From Odoribacter sp. (GTDB taxonomy: Bacteria > Bacteroidota > Bacteroidia > Bacteroidales > Prolixibacteraceae): a stretch of 64,000 nucleotides of DNA. How positions within the stretch are numbered: the first letter of the stretch is position 1; each line of letters starts with the position of its first letter. Position numbers and translations under genes: made by a program. This document shows positions 27,483 to 37,140 of the stretch, in pieces. The notes under the pieces were generated by a model. It searched no databases. It was given only the letters and a program-made list of their open reading frames with translations, and was not told the DNA's origin. The stretch is taken from the NCBI GenBank assembly GCA_013824715.1, contig PNOH01000019.1, forward strand, positions 17,209-81,208, given 5' to 3'.

Positions 27483-28220
27483 ATGGACATTCGTGACATC
27501 CTTGAAAAATATAAAGACGGCGAAATAGAGTTAGTTGAAGCTTTATCGCATTTTACCAAACGCGGTATCGAAGAAATGGGTTTTGCGACTATTGACACTG
27601 ATCGCCTTCACCGGACTGGCTTGCCTGAGGTGATTTACGCCTCAGGCAAAACAACAGAGCAAGTCAGGTTAATCGCTGAGCGGATGTATAAAAAAGGGAT
27701 CGATATACTGGCAACCCGCGCCAGTCAGGAAATTTACGAGGCGGTTAAAAGTGTCGTACCCGATGCGGTTTATAATTCTCTGGCTAAAACGGTTGTTTAC
27801 AAACATCGGGAAGAAAATTCAGGGAAAGGATATATTGCCGTTGTATCGGCAGGAACTTCTGACCTTCCGGTAGCCGAAGAAGCAGTTGAAACGGCCCGTT
27901 TCCTCAACAATGAAGTAGTAACCGTTTATGATGTCGGGGTTGCCGGAATTCACCGGCTTTTCAACAAATGGGAAGTGATCCGGAATGCCAGGGTGATTAT
28001 CGTAGTTGCAGGCATGGAAGGCGCATTGGCGAGTGTCGTGGGTGGATTGGTAGATAAACCGGTGATTGGTGTACCGACCAGCATCGGGTATGGCGCCAAC
28101 TTTCAGGGATTATCTGCCTTATTATCTATGCTGAATAGTTGTGCCAGTGGCGTATCTGTTGTGAATATTGATAATGGCTTTGGTGCAGCCTGTCAGGCTT
28201 CATTGATCAACAAATTATAG
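27483..28220 (+). CDS. larB: LarB (pyridinium-3,5-biscarboxylic acid mononucleotide synthase, PurE-like)
   Basis: ...VSAGTSDLPVAEEA...VVAGMEGALASVVGG...VIGVPTS. ATG 1 nt after the larC stop. Confidence 0.85.
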   Translation: MDIRDILEKYKDGEIELVEALSHFTKRGIEEMGFATIDTDRLHRTGLPEVIYASGKTTEQVRLIAERMYKKGIDILATRASQEIYEAVKSVVPDAVYNSLAKTVVYKHREENSGKGYIAVVSAGTSDLPVAEEAVETARFLNNEVVTVYDVGVAGIHRLFNKWEVIRNARVIIVVAGMEGALASVVGGLVDKPVIGVPTSIGYGANFQGLSALLSMLNSCASGVSVVNIDNGFGAACQASLINKL

Positions 28221-28234
28221 GATTTTATAAACTT

Positions 28235-29044
28235 TTAATGTTTATGAAATACATAATGTAAATGATTGTGTTTGTGTACTTCTTCTCCATGTTTATGAAT
28301 GTGTTCATGGATCAGGTTGACACTTATCAGAAACTCCTCATCGCTAAGGATTTCAGTAGCAGAACCTGTTTTTCGGATGGTGTGCCCTTCTGAAAGGACC
28401 GCCACCGTGGGCTGAAGGTGATCGATAAGATCAAGGTGGTGTGTAGTGAAAATAATGGTTTTGCCGGCACGGTTTAGTTCAATAAGAAGCTCTATGAAAA
28501 ATGTCTGAGTTTTCGGATCCAGACCGGAAAGGGGTTCGTCCACCAACAGGATTTCGGGGTTCATGGTAAGAACCGATGCAATTGCCACTCTCTTTTTTTC
28601 TCCGCCAGAAAGCATATACGGCGGACGTTCTTTCAGGTGACCAATACTGAGATACGATAATGTTTCTTCCACTCTTTGCACAGCTGCTTCGTAGGGAATA
28701 TTTAACTGCAACGGGGCAAACATCAGTTCATCAAAAACGGTTGGACAGAACAACTGAATATCGGGATTCTGGAAAATAAATCCCATGCTTTGTCTCAACT
28801 GTATCGCGAAATTTTTATCGCGCAACGAATTTTCAGTTATGGCCTTGCCTTTGAAAAGCACTTCCCCTGAATCGGGATGTATAAGCGCGTTGATAATGCT
28901 CAGCAATGTTGACTTTCCACTTCCGTTATGCCCAATGATTGAAAATATTTCACCTTTGTTTACGGAAAGGTTGATGTTTTTAAGCGCCGGAATTTTGCCA
29001 AAGTATGAATACGTAATATTTTTTAACGAGATAATTTCTTCCAT
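28235..29044 (-). CDS. cbiO: ECF-type Ni/Co transporter ATPase (CbiO/NikO) with a His-rich C-terminal tail
   Basis: Walker A GHNGSGKST, signature LSGGEKKRV, Walker B LLVDEP. The tail HEHIHKHGEEVHKHNHLHYVFHKH has 9 His in 24 aa. ATG at 29044. Confidence 0.85.
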   Translation of the reverse strand: MEEIISLKNITYSYFGKIPALKNINLSVNKGEIFSIIGHNGSGKSTLLSIINALIHPDSGEVLFKGKAITENSLRDKNFAIQLRQSMGFIFQNPDIQLFCPTVFDELMFAPLQLNIPYEAAVQRVEETLSYLSIGHLKERPPYMLSGGEKKRVAIASVLTMNPEILLVDEPLSGLDPKTQTFFIELLIELNRAGKTIIFTTHHLDLIDHLQPTVAVLSEGHTIRKTGSATEILSDEEFLISVNLIHEHIHKHGEEVHKHNHLHYVFHKH

Positions 29045-29051
29045 AGTCTTT

Positions 29052-29987
29052 TTAAATGAGTAAGATGCCGAGACCAAATACAATAATGACCACTAATGCG
29101 ATGAAATCCTTTGCCGTAAAAGCTGCTGACAAACCCAACTTTACATTACCCGTGTAACCTCTTGAAACCATCGCATAATATGTATTTTCATAACTTGAAA
29201 TGGATCGTTTAAAGATAAAAAATATCCGACCACTGATAATTTTCCTTAAGTTACTGTTTTTTACATTTCCTGTCAGCCTCGATTTTAAAGCCAGATAAGT
29301 CTCTTCAATAGTTCGTGAAAGAATAAAAATGTATTTGTACGCCAGAGAAATAACCATCAGGAACGTATCAGGAACTCCGATTAGTTTAAACGATTTTATA
29401 AATGCAGGAAAGGAAGTGGTGAAAACGATAAACATTGCAAATGAGATTGAATTCAATACCCTTAGGAACATCATACATACTACCTGAAGGCCTTCATGAG
29501 TAAAACCAATATTTTGAGGGATATGATATATCCAGAAATTGTATGGCCTGTTGAAAGTAATTAGATTTAAAATGATTTTGCCTGGAGAGATAAGGTTGAC
29601 CGATGCCGGCAAAACCACCAGAAAACCGAAAATAAAGGCAAGAAAGAATATCTTTCGGTAAACCTGTATGATATTTAATTGTGCTAAAAGGAAAAGCAAC
29701 ATTATGAAAGCTGTAATCAGTAATTGTGCAGTCAGATTACTGACCAGACTGATAATAACCGCGATATAAATCAGTGAGATAAATTTCACCTTCGGATGAA
29801 TATGGTGAATAAAATTATCTTTCGTCGCATTTTCTGCCTGCAGGTAAACCGCCTTTACGGTGCGTGCCGAATTCATTATGGTTTTATCAAGAAAAGAAAA
29901 GCGTGATCTCCTCATCCCCTGGATATCTGGTTGAAAAGCCTCGGATTCCTGCAAATAGGTAGGGATTTTACTCTTCATCTCTGACAA
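29052..29987 (-). CDS. cbiQ: ECF transporter transmembrane (T) component CbiQ/NikQ
   Basis: Polytopic membrane protein between the M/N and O components. The start is uncertain (several Met in the first 30 aa). Confidence 0.75.
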   Translation of the reverse strand: MSEMKSKIPTYLQESEAFQPDIQGMRRSRFSFLDKTIMNSARTVKAVYLQAENATKDNFIHHIHPKVKFISLIYIAVIISLVSNLTAQLLITAFIMLLFLLAQLNIIQVYRKIFFLAFIFGFLVVLPASVNLISPGKIILNLITFNRPYNFWIYHIPQNIGFTHEGLQVVCMMFLRVLNSISFAMFIVFTTSFPAFIKSFKLIGVPDTFLMVISLAYKYIFILSRTIEETYLALKSRLTGNVKNSNLRKIISGRIFFIFKRSISSYENTYYAMVSRGYTGNVKLGLSAAFTAKDFIALVVIIVFGLGILLI

Positions 29988-30303
29988 TTAATTTCGAGAT
30001 TAACAACATGACCACATACGTCAGGCTTGCTCCAACGATCCCCGACACTATGTAATATCCCGACTGGTGAACAACTGAAGTATCATCAACATTCATCGTA
30101 TAATCTGGGATTGGAGCGTTCCACACGTCCGAATATTTTTCAAGCCCTGCAGGCGTATAGCCAATAAGGTCTTTCACCGTTTCGGCCGACCATTCTCCCC
30201 ATGCGTCACCGGCATCGAAAAACATCGGAATAAAAATTCCAATTGGAGTGATAATACATAATCCAAGCAGGATAAAAAGAAGCTTTTTCTGAAATTTAGT
30301 CAT
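29968..30303 (-). CDS. PDGLE-domain small membrane protein (CbiN/NikN-like accessory component)
   Basis: Two terminal TM helices flank GEWSAETVKDLIGYTPAGLEKY (PDGLE-type motif). ATG at 30303, overlapping the cbiM end by 8 nt. Confidence 0.7.
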   Translation of the reverse strand: MTKFQKKLLFILLGLCIITPIGIFIPMFFDAGDAWGEWSAETVKDLIGYTPAGLEKYSDVWNAPIPDYTMNVDDTSVVHQSGYYIVSGIVGASLTYVVMLLISKLIVRDEE

Positions 30304-30988
30304 TTTTCCCTCCTTTACCGAAAGCATAAATTAATCCGGATTCATTTTTTAAAAAATATCTGACAATCATTGCAGTAATTACTCCTTCAACAATTCCAAA
30401 CAGAACGAGATGTTCGATGGCCATTGCAGGTATTGCAATGCTAAGGTCGTAAGGGCAATACAGAGCTTTGCCATCAGGGGCAGATGCGATCATGGGTTGA
30501 ATACCAAACTCCACGGCAGTAAGTACGGCAGTCATAACCAGGCTCAGGTACCCTGAAACAAAGGCAGCAATAAACACGCGTGATTTTGCGGCAGGCCTGG
30601 CGCCAAAAAGTTTAAAGGTATAATATGCAACAAAAGGCATAAAAACGGCCATATTAAAGCAGTTGGCTCCAATAGCGGTAATCCCTCCATCACCGAAAAT
30701 GAGAGCCTGAATGATAAGCGCTACCGAGACAGCGACCATCGCGGCCCACGGTCCGAGAAGAATAGCAATAACGGCAGATCCTACCGCGTGACCTGTTGTT
30801 CCACCCGGTATCGGTAAATTAAACATCATGATGATAAAAGAGAAAGCTGCTGCCATTCCAAGATATGGAATGTTACGTGCCGAAACATCTTTCCTGACTT
30901 TCTTTACTGCAATTGCAGTTGCCGCTACAAACACTCCCATTAACGGGATGTATGTCTGAGGACTTAAATAACCATCCGGTATATGCAT
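30296..30988 (-). CDS. cbiM: ECF Ni/Co transporter substrate-capture component CbiM/NikM
   Basis: The diagnostic N-terminus MHIPDGYLSP. About 7 TM helices. Confidence 0.85.
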   Translation of the reverse strand: MHIPDGYLSPQTYIPLMGVFVAATAIAVKKVRKDVSARNIPYLGMAAAFSFIIMMFNLPIPGGTTGHAVGSAVIAILLGPWAAMVAVSVALIIQALIFGDGGITAIGANCFNMAVFMPFVAYYTFKLFGARPAAKSRVFIAAFVSGYLSLVMTAVLTAVEFGIQPMIASAPDGKALYCPYDLSIAIPAMAIEHLVLFGIVEGVITAMIVRYFLKNESGLIYAFGKGGKND

Positions 30989-31008
30989 GATTTGTTTCTT
31001 TATTTAGC

Positions 31009-31776
31009 TTAAAATCTAAATGTTATCCCGTACAAAAAGGCATGATTTGTTTCTGCTTTTGTAATGCCATGTTTGTATCCGAGGCTTATTTCACAGTTCT
31101 TGTTAATCAGATAATAAAATCCTGCCAGCCCGAATACCGGAGCTGTATTTTCAGTAATGTTTGGATTCTTTTCAATTCCTGTGTTCAATACAGCATGAAA
31201 CTCATCACTTAAACTAAGGTCTGCACCAACAGAAGCAAGCCATATATTCAGAGCATCACCGCATTTGTTTTCATTGCGTAAATAGCCCAGATTCCCGTTG
31301 ATAAATATCTTTTGAAACTCCGCTGTCATTACCAGAAATAATGATTCACTGAATTTTCCACTGCCAAGGCCTTCATCGTAATTTCCTGTCGGGCAGGAAA
31401 CACCAGGCTTAAAGGCAAACGATATTTTATCGTTTTGAAAAAACCTGTATTTTACCTCCATGTATAAATCAGAGAATCCTGCAACTATTGATGTAGATGT
31501 GTCATCAAGAACACTTGTATTCAGAAAAGGAAATCCGACTACAAAATCAGTATTGTCGAAAACGCCAAAAGTCAAAACAGGAGAAATCTCAGATGAATTT
31601 TCAATACATCTGTGTTCATTGTGATAGCCGACCCCATTGCTGATTTCAATCTGCCCGTTTCCTTTACCTTGTGTCCCTGTGTTGTCTGTTATAAGAGGTA
31701 ACTGGGCAGAGGCAAGATGAGAGAAAATCATGAACAATATAAACTCCAAAACTATTAATCTAAATCGTGTTATCAT
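31009..31776 (-). CDS. Small outer-membrane beta-barrel protein (MetA-pathway/transporter-like), first gene of the cbiM operon
   Basis: Signal peptide from M14 (MITRFRLIVLEFILFMIFSHLASAQ). Alternating beta pattern. Ends ...YGITFRF. 20 nt upstream of cbiM. Confidence 0.6.
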   Translation of the reverse strand: MITRFRLIVLEFILFMIFSHLASAQLPLITDNTGTQGKGNGQIEISNGVGYHNEHRCIENSSEISPVLTFGVFDNTDFVVGFPFLNTSVLDDTSTSIVAGFSDLYMEVKYRFFQNDKISFAFKPGVSCPTGNYDEGLGSGKFSESLFLVMTAEFQKIFINGNLGYLRNENKCGDALNIWLASVGADLSLSDEFHAVLNTGIEKNPNITENTAPVFGLAGFYYLINKNCEISLGYKHGITKAETNHAFLYGITFRF

Positions 31777-32248
31777 TTGTGTTATTCGTAGCACGAAGAT
31801 ATAAAATAATCCCAATTTATTTATTCAGAACGAGTTTTTGTTGGCTGTGACAGAGAAATGTGATTACATAAAATATAAACCCAATTAATTTTCCGGGTTC
31901 TGTTTATCATCTTTGTGTTGAGTCCATGTGAGATTTTTTATCAATGTTATTCATGCCTGCGGTACAAAAAAGTATGTTGAAATAGCTTCACATCCATCTG
32001 ATTGCAGGTCTTGACATTCTGTTTGCCGGCCTTGGAATGCATTTTTGTGGTTGGTAAGAAATTTGGATTTAAACCAGATACTTCCTTGTCAGAATTATGA
32101 ATTAACTATAGATAATTATCTGGAGAAAAAGATTTTGGCAGAGTTCTTCTAAACTTATTATTTTGAACTGTCAGATAACCGAATACCTTGGCAAAAGTCA
32201 CTGCCCCGATGCAGATAAGCTCCCTCTGGGACATATTGCCTTGTTGTT

Positions 32249-32599
32249 CTATCCTTCCATCGTTACACTCACCTTTTCAATTTGTCCACCCATCGGCGGG
32301 TTCATTTTCGATATTTTCACAGTTACTTTTTGAGCTTCAGGAAATTCAGATTTTATCCGGTTGATGATTCTCTGTGCCACATGTTCGAGCAAATCTGAGG
32401 AACTAGCCATCTCTTCCTTCACCACCAAATATGCTTTCTGGTAATCGAGTGTGTCTTCCAGTTTGTCGGTTTGCCCGGCATGGCTGAGGTCGGCTTTAAT
32501 TTTCAGGTTCACCAGAAACCGGTTGCCGGCAATTTTCTCCACCTTAAAATGCCCGTGAAATGCATAAAACTCCATTCCTTCAATTTCTATCAGCGCCAT
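32249..32599 (-). CDS. folB: Dihydroneopterin aldolase
   Basis: 116 aa. IEIEGMEFYAFHGHF...E...GN.F...DTLDY pattern typical of FolB. Confidence 0.85.
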   Translation of the reverse strand: MALIEIEGMEFYAFHGHFKVEKIAGNRFLVNLKIKADLSHAGQTDKLEDTLDYQKAYLVVKEEMASSSDLLEHVAQRIINRIKSEFPEAQKVTVKISKMNPPMGGQIEKVSVTMEG

Positions 32600-32859
32600 A
32601 AGTATTTACCATTAGATAATTTACTATTTACCATCTTGAGCCGGATTGTTCCTTTGCGGCTCTTCCGACTTCGGTCTTCGGACTTCCGTCTCCCGACTTC
32701 GCCCACAAATTTAATTTTATTGCTGCGTAAATCAATTTTCAAACCACTGAATTCTGATAGCTGAAACGACCATTTGTTAATTTATTTCAAAGAGAAAGAT
32801 TTTTGGGGAGTTCCATGTGACAATTAAAAAACATATTACTGACACATGAAATCATTTTA

Positions 32860-32867
32860 TACTTTTG
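32860..32867 (+). promoter_or_regulatory. -7 promoter box TACTTTTG upstream of glnS
   Basis: Matches TAnnTTTG, 25 nt upstream of the ATG at 32892. Confidence 0.45.
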
Positions 32868-32891
32868 TCGGTAATCTTAATGTGAAATACA

Positions 32892-34592
32892 ATGAGCGAA
32901 CATGCGATTGATAATGACAATGTGGTGAAATCGAATAATTTTATTCACCAGATTGTTGAAGAGGAGATTAGTACAGGTAAAAACAATGGACGAGTGCATA
33001 CCCGGTTTCCCCCTGAACCCAACGGCTATTTGCACATTGGCCATGCCAAATCCATTTGCCTGAATTTTGGAACCGCTCAGAAATACAACGGGCTTACTAA
33101 CCTTCGTTTCGACGACACCAATCCTTCGAAAGAGGAAACCGAATATGTTGATTCCATCATGGAAGATGTCCGTTGGCTTGGTTTTGACTGGGACGACCGG
33201 CTATATTATGCCTCCGATTATTTCGACCAGCTTTTTGATTTTGCAGTCAAACTCATTCAGGAAGGAAAAGCATATATTGACGATCAGGATGCCGAAACCA
33301 TAAGCGCCCAGAAAGGAACGCCAACCCGTCCGGGTCTCGAAAGCCCTTTCAGGAACCGCCCTGCGGAAGAAAACCTCGATTTATTTTTACGAATGAAAGC
33401 CGGGGAATTCGATGAAGGTATCCGTGTTTTGAGAGCTAAAATTGATATGACATCGCCTAACATGCACATGCGTGACCCGATCCTTTACCGGGTTATGAAA
33501 GCGCCGCATCACCGCACCGGCGACAAATGGTGCATCTACCCGATGTACGATTTTGCACACGGACAATGCGACTACTGGGAAGGAATCACCCATTCGGTTT
33601 GTACCCTCGAATTTGAAGTTCACCGTCCGCTCTACGATTGGTTCATTGATCAGTTGAAAGATTCGGATTACCGTCCGCGACAAATTGAATTTGCCCGTTT
33701 GAACCTTACATTTACTGTGATGAGTAAACGCAAATTGCTCGAACTGGTGAAAGACGGTCATGTTACCGGTTGGGATGACCCGCGTATGCCTACTATTTGC
33801 GGATTGCGTCGCAGAGGTTATACTCCCGAATCGCTCCGGAATTTTGCCGATCGTATTGGAGTAACCAAAACCGATGGTGTTATTGATGTAAGCGTTCTGG
33901 AATTCAGTATCCGTGAAGACCTGAACAAACGCGCGCTACGTGTAATGGGAGTACTGAATCCACTGAAAGTGATAATTACCAATTGTCCGGAAGGAGTGGT
34001 TGACCAAATCGAAGCCGTGAATAATCCCGAAGACGCTTCGATGGGAACGCGTCTGGTACCATTTACCCGCGAACTATTCATCGAACGCGATGATTTTATG
34101 GAAGAACCTCCAAAGAAATTTTTCCGTCTGTCGCCCGGAACCGAAGTTCGCTTGCGTTACGCTTATTTTATTTCCTGCACCAATGTGGTGAAAGATGCCA
34201 ATGGAGAAATCACCGAAATACATTGCACCTACGATCCGGCATCGCGGGGAGGAAATTCGCCTGACGGACGCAAAGTAAAATCAACGATCCACTGGGTTTC
34301 GGCTACCGAAAATGTGAAAGCAGAAGTTCGTCTGTATGATCGTTTATTCAGTGACGAAACGCCCGATGGGCACAAAGACATTGATTTCAAGGAATTCATG
34401 AACCATGACTCATTGCAAGTACTGCCCAAATGCTTCATCGAACCATTTGTAAAAGATACCAAAGCGCTGGATCATTTTCAGTTCGAACGTCTGGGCTATT
34501 TCAATGTTGACCCGGATTCAACTCCTGAAATGCTTGTTTTTAACCGTACCGTTCAGTTAAAAGATACCTGGGCCAAAGTGCAGCAGAAATAG
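32892..34592 (+). CDS. glnS: Glutamine--tRNA ligase
   Basis: Class I signatures HIGHAKS and VMSKRKL. 566 aa. C-terminal anticodon-binding beta-barrel region. Confidence 0.92.
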   Translation: MSEHAIDNDNVVKSNNFIHQIVEEEISTGKNNGRVHTRFPPEPNGYLHIGHAKSICLNFGTAQKYNGLTNLRFDDTNPSKEETEYVDSIMEDVRWLGFDWDDRLYYASDYFDQLFDFAVKLIQEGKAYIDDQDAETISAQKGTPTRPGLESPFRNRPAEENLDLFLRMKAGEFDEGIRVLRAKIDMTSPNMHMRDPILYRVMKAPHHRTGDKWCIYPMYDFAHGQCDYWEGITHSVCTLEFEVHRPLYDWFIDQLKDSDYRPRQIEFARLNLTFTVMSKRKLLELVKDGHVTGWDDPRMPTICGLRRRGYTPESLRNFADRIGVTKTDGVIDVSVLEFSIREDLNKRALRVMGVLNPLKVIITNCPEGVVDQIEAVNNPEDASMGTRLVPFTRELFIERDDFMEEPPKKFFRLSPGTEVRLRYAYFISCTNVVKDANGEITEIHCTYDPASRGGNSPDGRKVKSTIHWVSATENVKAEVRLYDRLFSDETPDGHKDIDFKEFMNHDSLQVLPKCFIEPFVKDTKALDHFQFERLGYFNVDPDSTPEMLVFNRTVQLKDTWAKVQQK

Positions 34593-34609
34593 AATATAAG
34601 AATTTACCA

Positions 34610-35431
34610 ATGAAACAACTATTCCTTTTTGCTTTTGTACTAAGTGTACTTTTCCAGTGGGGATGTACAAAAGGTCCGGTTACAAATCCAGACGATCAAA
34701 CAACATCTGATTATGAATTAATCTGGAGTGATGAATTCGACTATATTGGTTTGCCCGACAAGAATAAATGGAGCTATGATATAGGTGGAAGTGGCTGGGG
34801 TAATAGCGAAGCACAATACTATACTGATTCCCGATTAAAAAACTCAGAAGTCAAGGATGGTTATTTGTACATCAATGCAATAAAGGAAGACTTTGGTGGA
34901 AAAAAATACACTTCAGCACGTTTGGTTACCCGAACAAAAGGAGACTGGTTATATGGAAAAATTGAAGTAAATGCCAAATTACCTGATGGCATTGGGATGT
35001 GGCCGGCAATCTGGATGTTGCCCACCGATTGGGCTTATGGCGGATGGCCTGAAAGCGGAGAGATCGACATCATGGAAAATCTGGGATATATTCCGTATTT
35101 TATTGCTGCCACGGTCCAAACCAAATCTTACAATTTTATTCAGAATACACATAAGAACGCAATTATCGCAATACCTGACTCTTATACTAAATTTCACAAT
35201 TATATAATGGAATGGGAAACCGGTGAAATCCGTATTTATGTTGATTCAAAACTATATCTTACTTTCAAAAACGAAAGAGCAGGATTCCATGTCTGGCCTT
35301 TCGACAAAAGATTTCACTTGCTGCTAAATGTTGCCGTTGGTGGAACTTTTGGTGGCGCACAAGGCATTGACGACAGCATTTTCCCGCGTTCAATGGTGAT
35401 TGATTATGTCCGCATTTATCAGAAAAAATAA
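34610..35431 (+). CDS. Glycoside hydrolase family 16 (beta-glucanase/laminarinase-like) lipoprotein
   Basis: Lipobox ...FQWGC. LIWSDEFD start. Catalytic GEIDIMEN motif. Confidence 0.85.
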   Translation: MKQLFLFAFVLSVLFQWGCTKGPVTNPDDQTTSDYELIWSDEFDYIGLPDKNKWSYDIGGSGWGNSEAQYYTDSRLKNSEVKDGYLYINAIKEDFGGKKYTSARLVTRTKGDWLYGKIEVNAKLPDGIGMWPAIWMLPTDWAYGGWPESGEIDIMENLGYIPYFIAATVQTKSYNFIQNTHKNAIIAIPDSYTKFHNYIMEWETGEIRIYVDSKLYLTFKNERAGFHVWPFDKRFHLLLNVAVGGTFGGAQGIDDSIFPRSMVIDYVRIYQKK

Positions 35432-35763
35432 GAAGGTGTTAGAATTGATCGGATGACCTGAGTTTCATCCATTCAGTGAAATCCTCTAAAATGCCGAAAG
35501 GGTGGAATGTAGATTCTGCCCTTTTTTTCTTCACTGAAGAATTATCCCAAGCCTGTCGGATTTTCAATTGAAGATCCTTAACATCCGGGATAAAGTACAC
35601 GATCCAAATAGCTTCTGGAACAATCATTATTATCATTGTATTTCGAAAGAATATTTCTTAATTTTAATAGGTCTTTGAGCAGAGAGACTGGCTCCGCATC
35701 GATCCAATACACCGGTGCCCGAAAAACGGTACATCATATAAATCCTAAAAATGCAGGAATATC

Positions 35764-36696
35764 ATGAAAACACAAAACTATTTTGCAGTAGTAATTTTTT
35801 TTGTCATTCTTGGTGTTGGCATAGCATTGTCATATGCCAGGTTTGGAGTTCAGGCTAATACGGAGGGGATTTGGATTGGAGTAATTTCCTTCTTTATTGC
35901 CCTTATTGTCTCATCATCAATTAAGATTGCTGATCAGTGGGAAAAGGCGATAGTGTTGCGGTTAGGACGGTTCCATTCTCTCAGGGGCCCGGGACTTTTT
36001 TTTATAATACCGATCATTGACACTATTCCTTACTGGATTGACATCCGCGTTATTGCAACTTCTTTTACGGCAGAAAAGACCCTTACCAAAGATACTGTAC
36101 CTGTAGATGTGGATGCGGTGCTATTTTGGAAAGTTCTGGATCCAAAGAAGGCTTCTCTTGATGTAGCCGATTATAGAAGCGCTATAAGTTGGGCCTCCCA
36201 GACCGCTCTTCGTGATGTTATAGGCAAAACCATGCTTTCGGATATGCTGGAAGGCAGGGACAAGATTAGTGCCCAGCTTCAGAAAATTATTGATGAACGC
36301 ACTGAACCATGGGGCATCAATGTTATTTCGGTGGAAGTTAAAGATGTCCTGATTCCCCCGGCCCTGGAGGATGCCATGTCGATGCAGGCCCAGGCGGAGA
36401 GAGAACGTCAGGCCAGGGTGATTTTGGGTGATTCTGAGAGACAGGTGGCCGAGAAGTTTGAGGAAGCTGCCAGAACCTATTCGAGTAATCCTACTGCTCT
36501 TCATCTGAGAGCGATGAACATGCTTTATGAAGGATTGAAGTCGAACTCAACTATTGTGATTGTTCCCAGCACTGCTTTGGAAAGCATGCAATTAGGCGGC
36601 CTTGCGGGAATAACAGCATTGACCATGGGACTGACTCAGGAAAGTCAAAAAAAAGAGAAGGAAAATAAGACTGACAAACTAAAAAAACGCCAATAA
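35764..36696 (+). CDS. SPFH/band-7 (stomatin/slipin-like) membrane protein
   Basis: N-terminal TM helices. QWEKAIVLRLGRF... and ...ALEDAMSMQAQAERERQARV motifs. Confidence 0.85.
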   Translation: MKTQNYFAVVIFFVILGVGIALSYARFGVQANTEGIWIGVISFFIALIVSSSIKIADQWEKAIVLRLGRFHSLRGPGLFFIIPIIDTIPYWIDIRVIATSFTAEKTLTKDTVPVDVDAVLFWKVLDPKKASLDVADYRSAISWASQTALRDVIGKTMLSDMLEGRDKISAQLQKIIDERTEPWGINVISVEVKDVLIPPALEDAMSMQAQAERERQARVILGDSERQVAEKFEEAARTYSSNPTALHLRAMNMLYEGLKSNSTIVIVPSTALESMQLGGLAGITALTMGLTQESQKKEKENKTDKLKKRQ

Positions 36697-37059
36697 ATGA
36701 AACCTGTATTAAGTGATTCTGGATTTGGTTATATTACAGTGGAAGATTTAAAGATCGACCACGATATCATTATTCGGCTATCCGGAGAAACGGAAAAACG
36801 AAAGAAAAACCTATCAAAAACTGTTTATGGCACATCACATATTATTTCTCTGGATGAAGCAAAATATATTTATCAGGATGGCGCTGAACGGTTGATAATC
36901 GGAGCTGGCCGGCAAGGAATGATGAGTCTTTCGGACGAAGCGACAGCTTATTTCAAAATGAAGAATTGTAAAATTGATATGTATCCCACTCCAAAAGCAA
37001 TCGAAAAATGGAATGTTGCCACAGGGGAAATAATGGGTCTGTTCCATATTACATGTTAA
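36697..37059 (+). CDS. Mth938-like (DUF498) domain protein
   Basis: 120 aa. FGYITVEDLKIDHDIII... and ...LIIGAGRQG... pattern. ATG immediately after the upstream stop. Confidence 0.6.
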   Translation: MKPVLSDSGFGYITVEDLKIDHDIIIRLSGETEKRKKNLSKTVYGTSHIISLDEAKYIYQDGAERLIIGAGRQGMMSLSDEATAYFKMKNCKIDMYPTPKAIEKWNVATGEIMGLFHITC

Positions 37060-37140
37060 ACATTTTATTATCCAATGTTTGCAGTTACTTTTCGTAACGC
37101 CTGGATTTTTAAAAATATCTTTCCAAATGATTAAATCTGC

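Noticed and set aside
31777-32248. Riboswitch (cobalamin or NiCo) in the long leader of the OMP-cbiMNQO operon. A GGGGCAGUGA string and a GATAATTATC palindrome (32111-32120) caught my eye.
   Set aside because: I could not find the B12-box or the conserved NiCo four-way-junction core on the minus strand. The palindrome is AT-rich and short enough to be chance. I kept only a note that the leader deserves a cmscan.
35439-35636. 65-aa minus-strand ORF between the GH16 and SPFH genes
   Set aside because: No motif, odd composition and no obvious promoter or RBS context. It could be a small gene or a gene remnant, but I cannot support a call.
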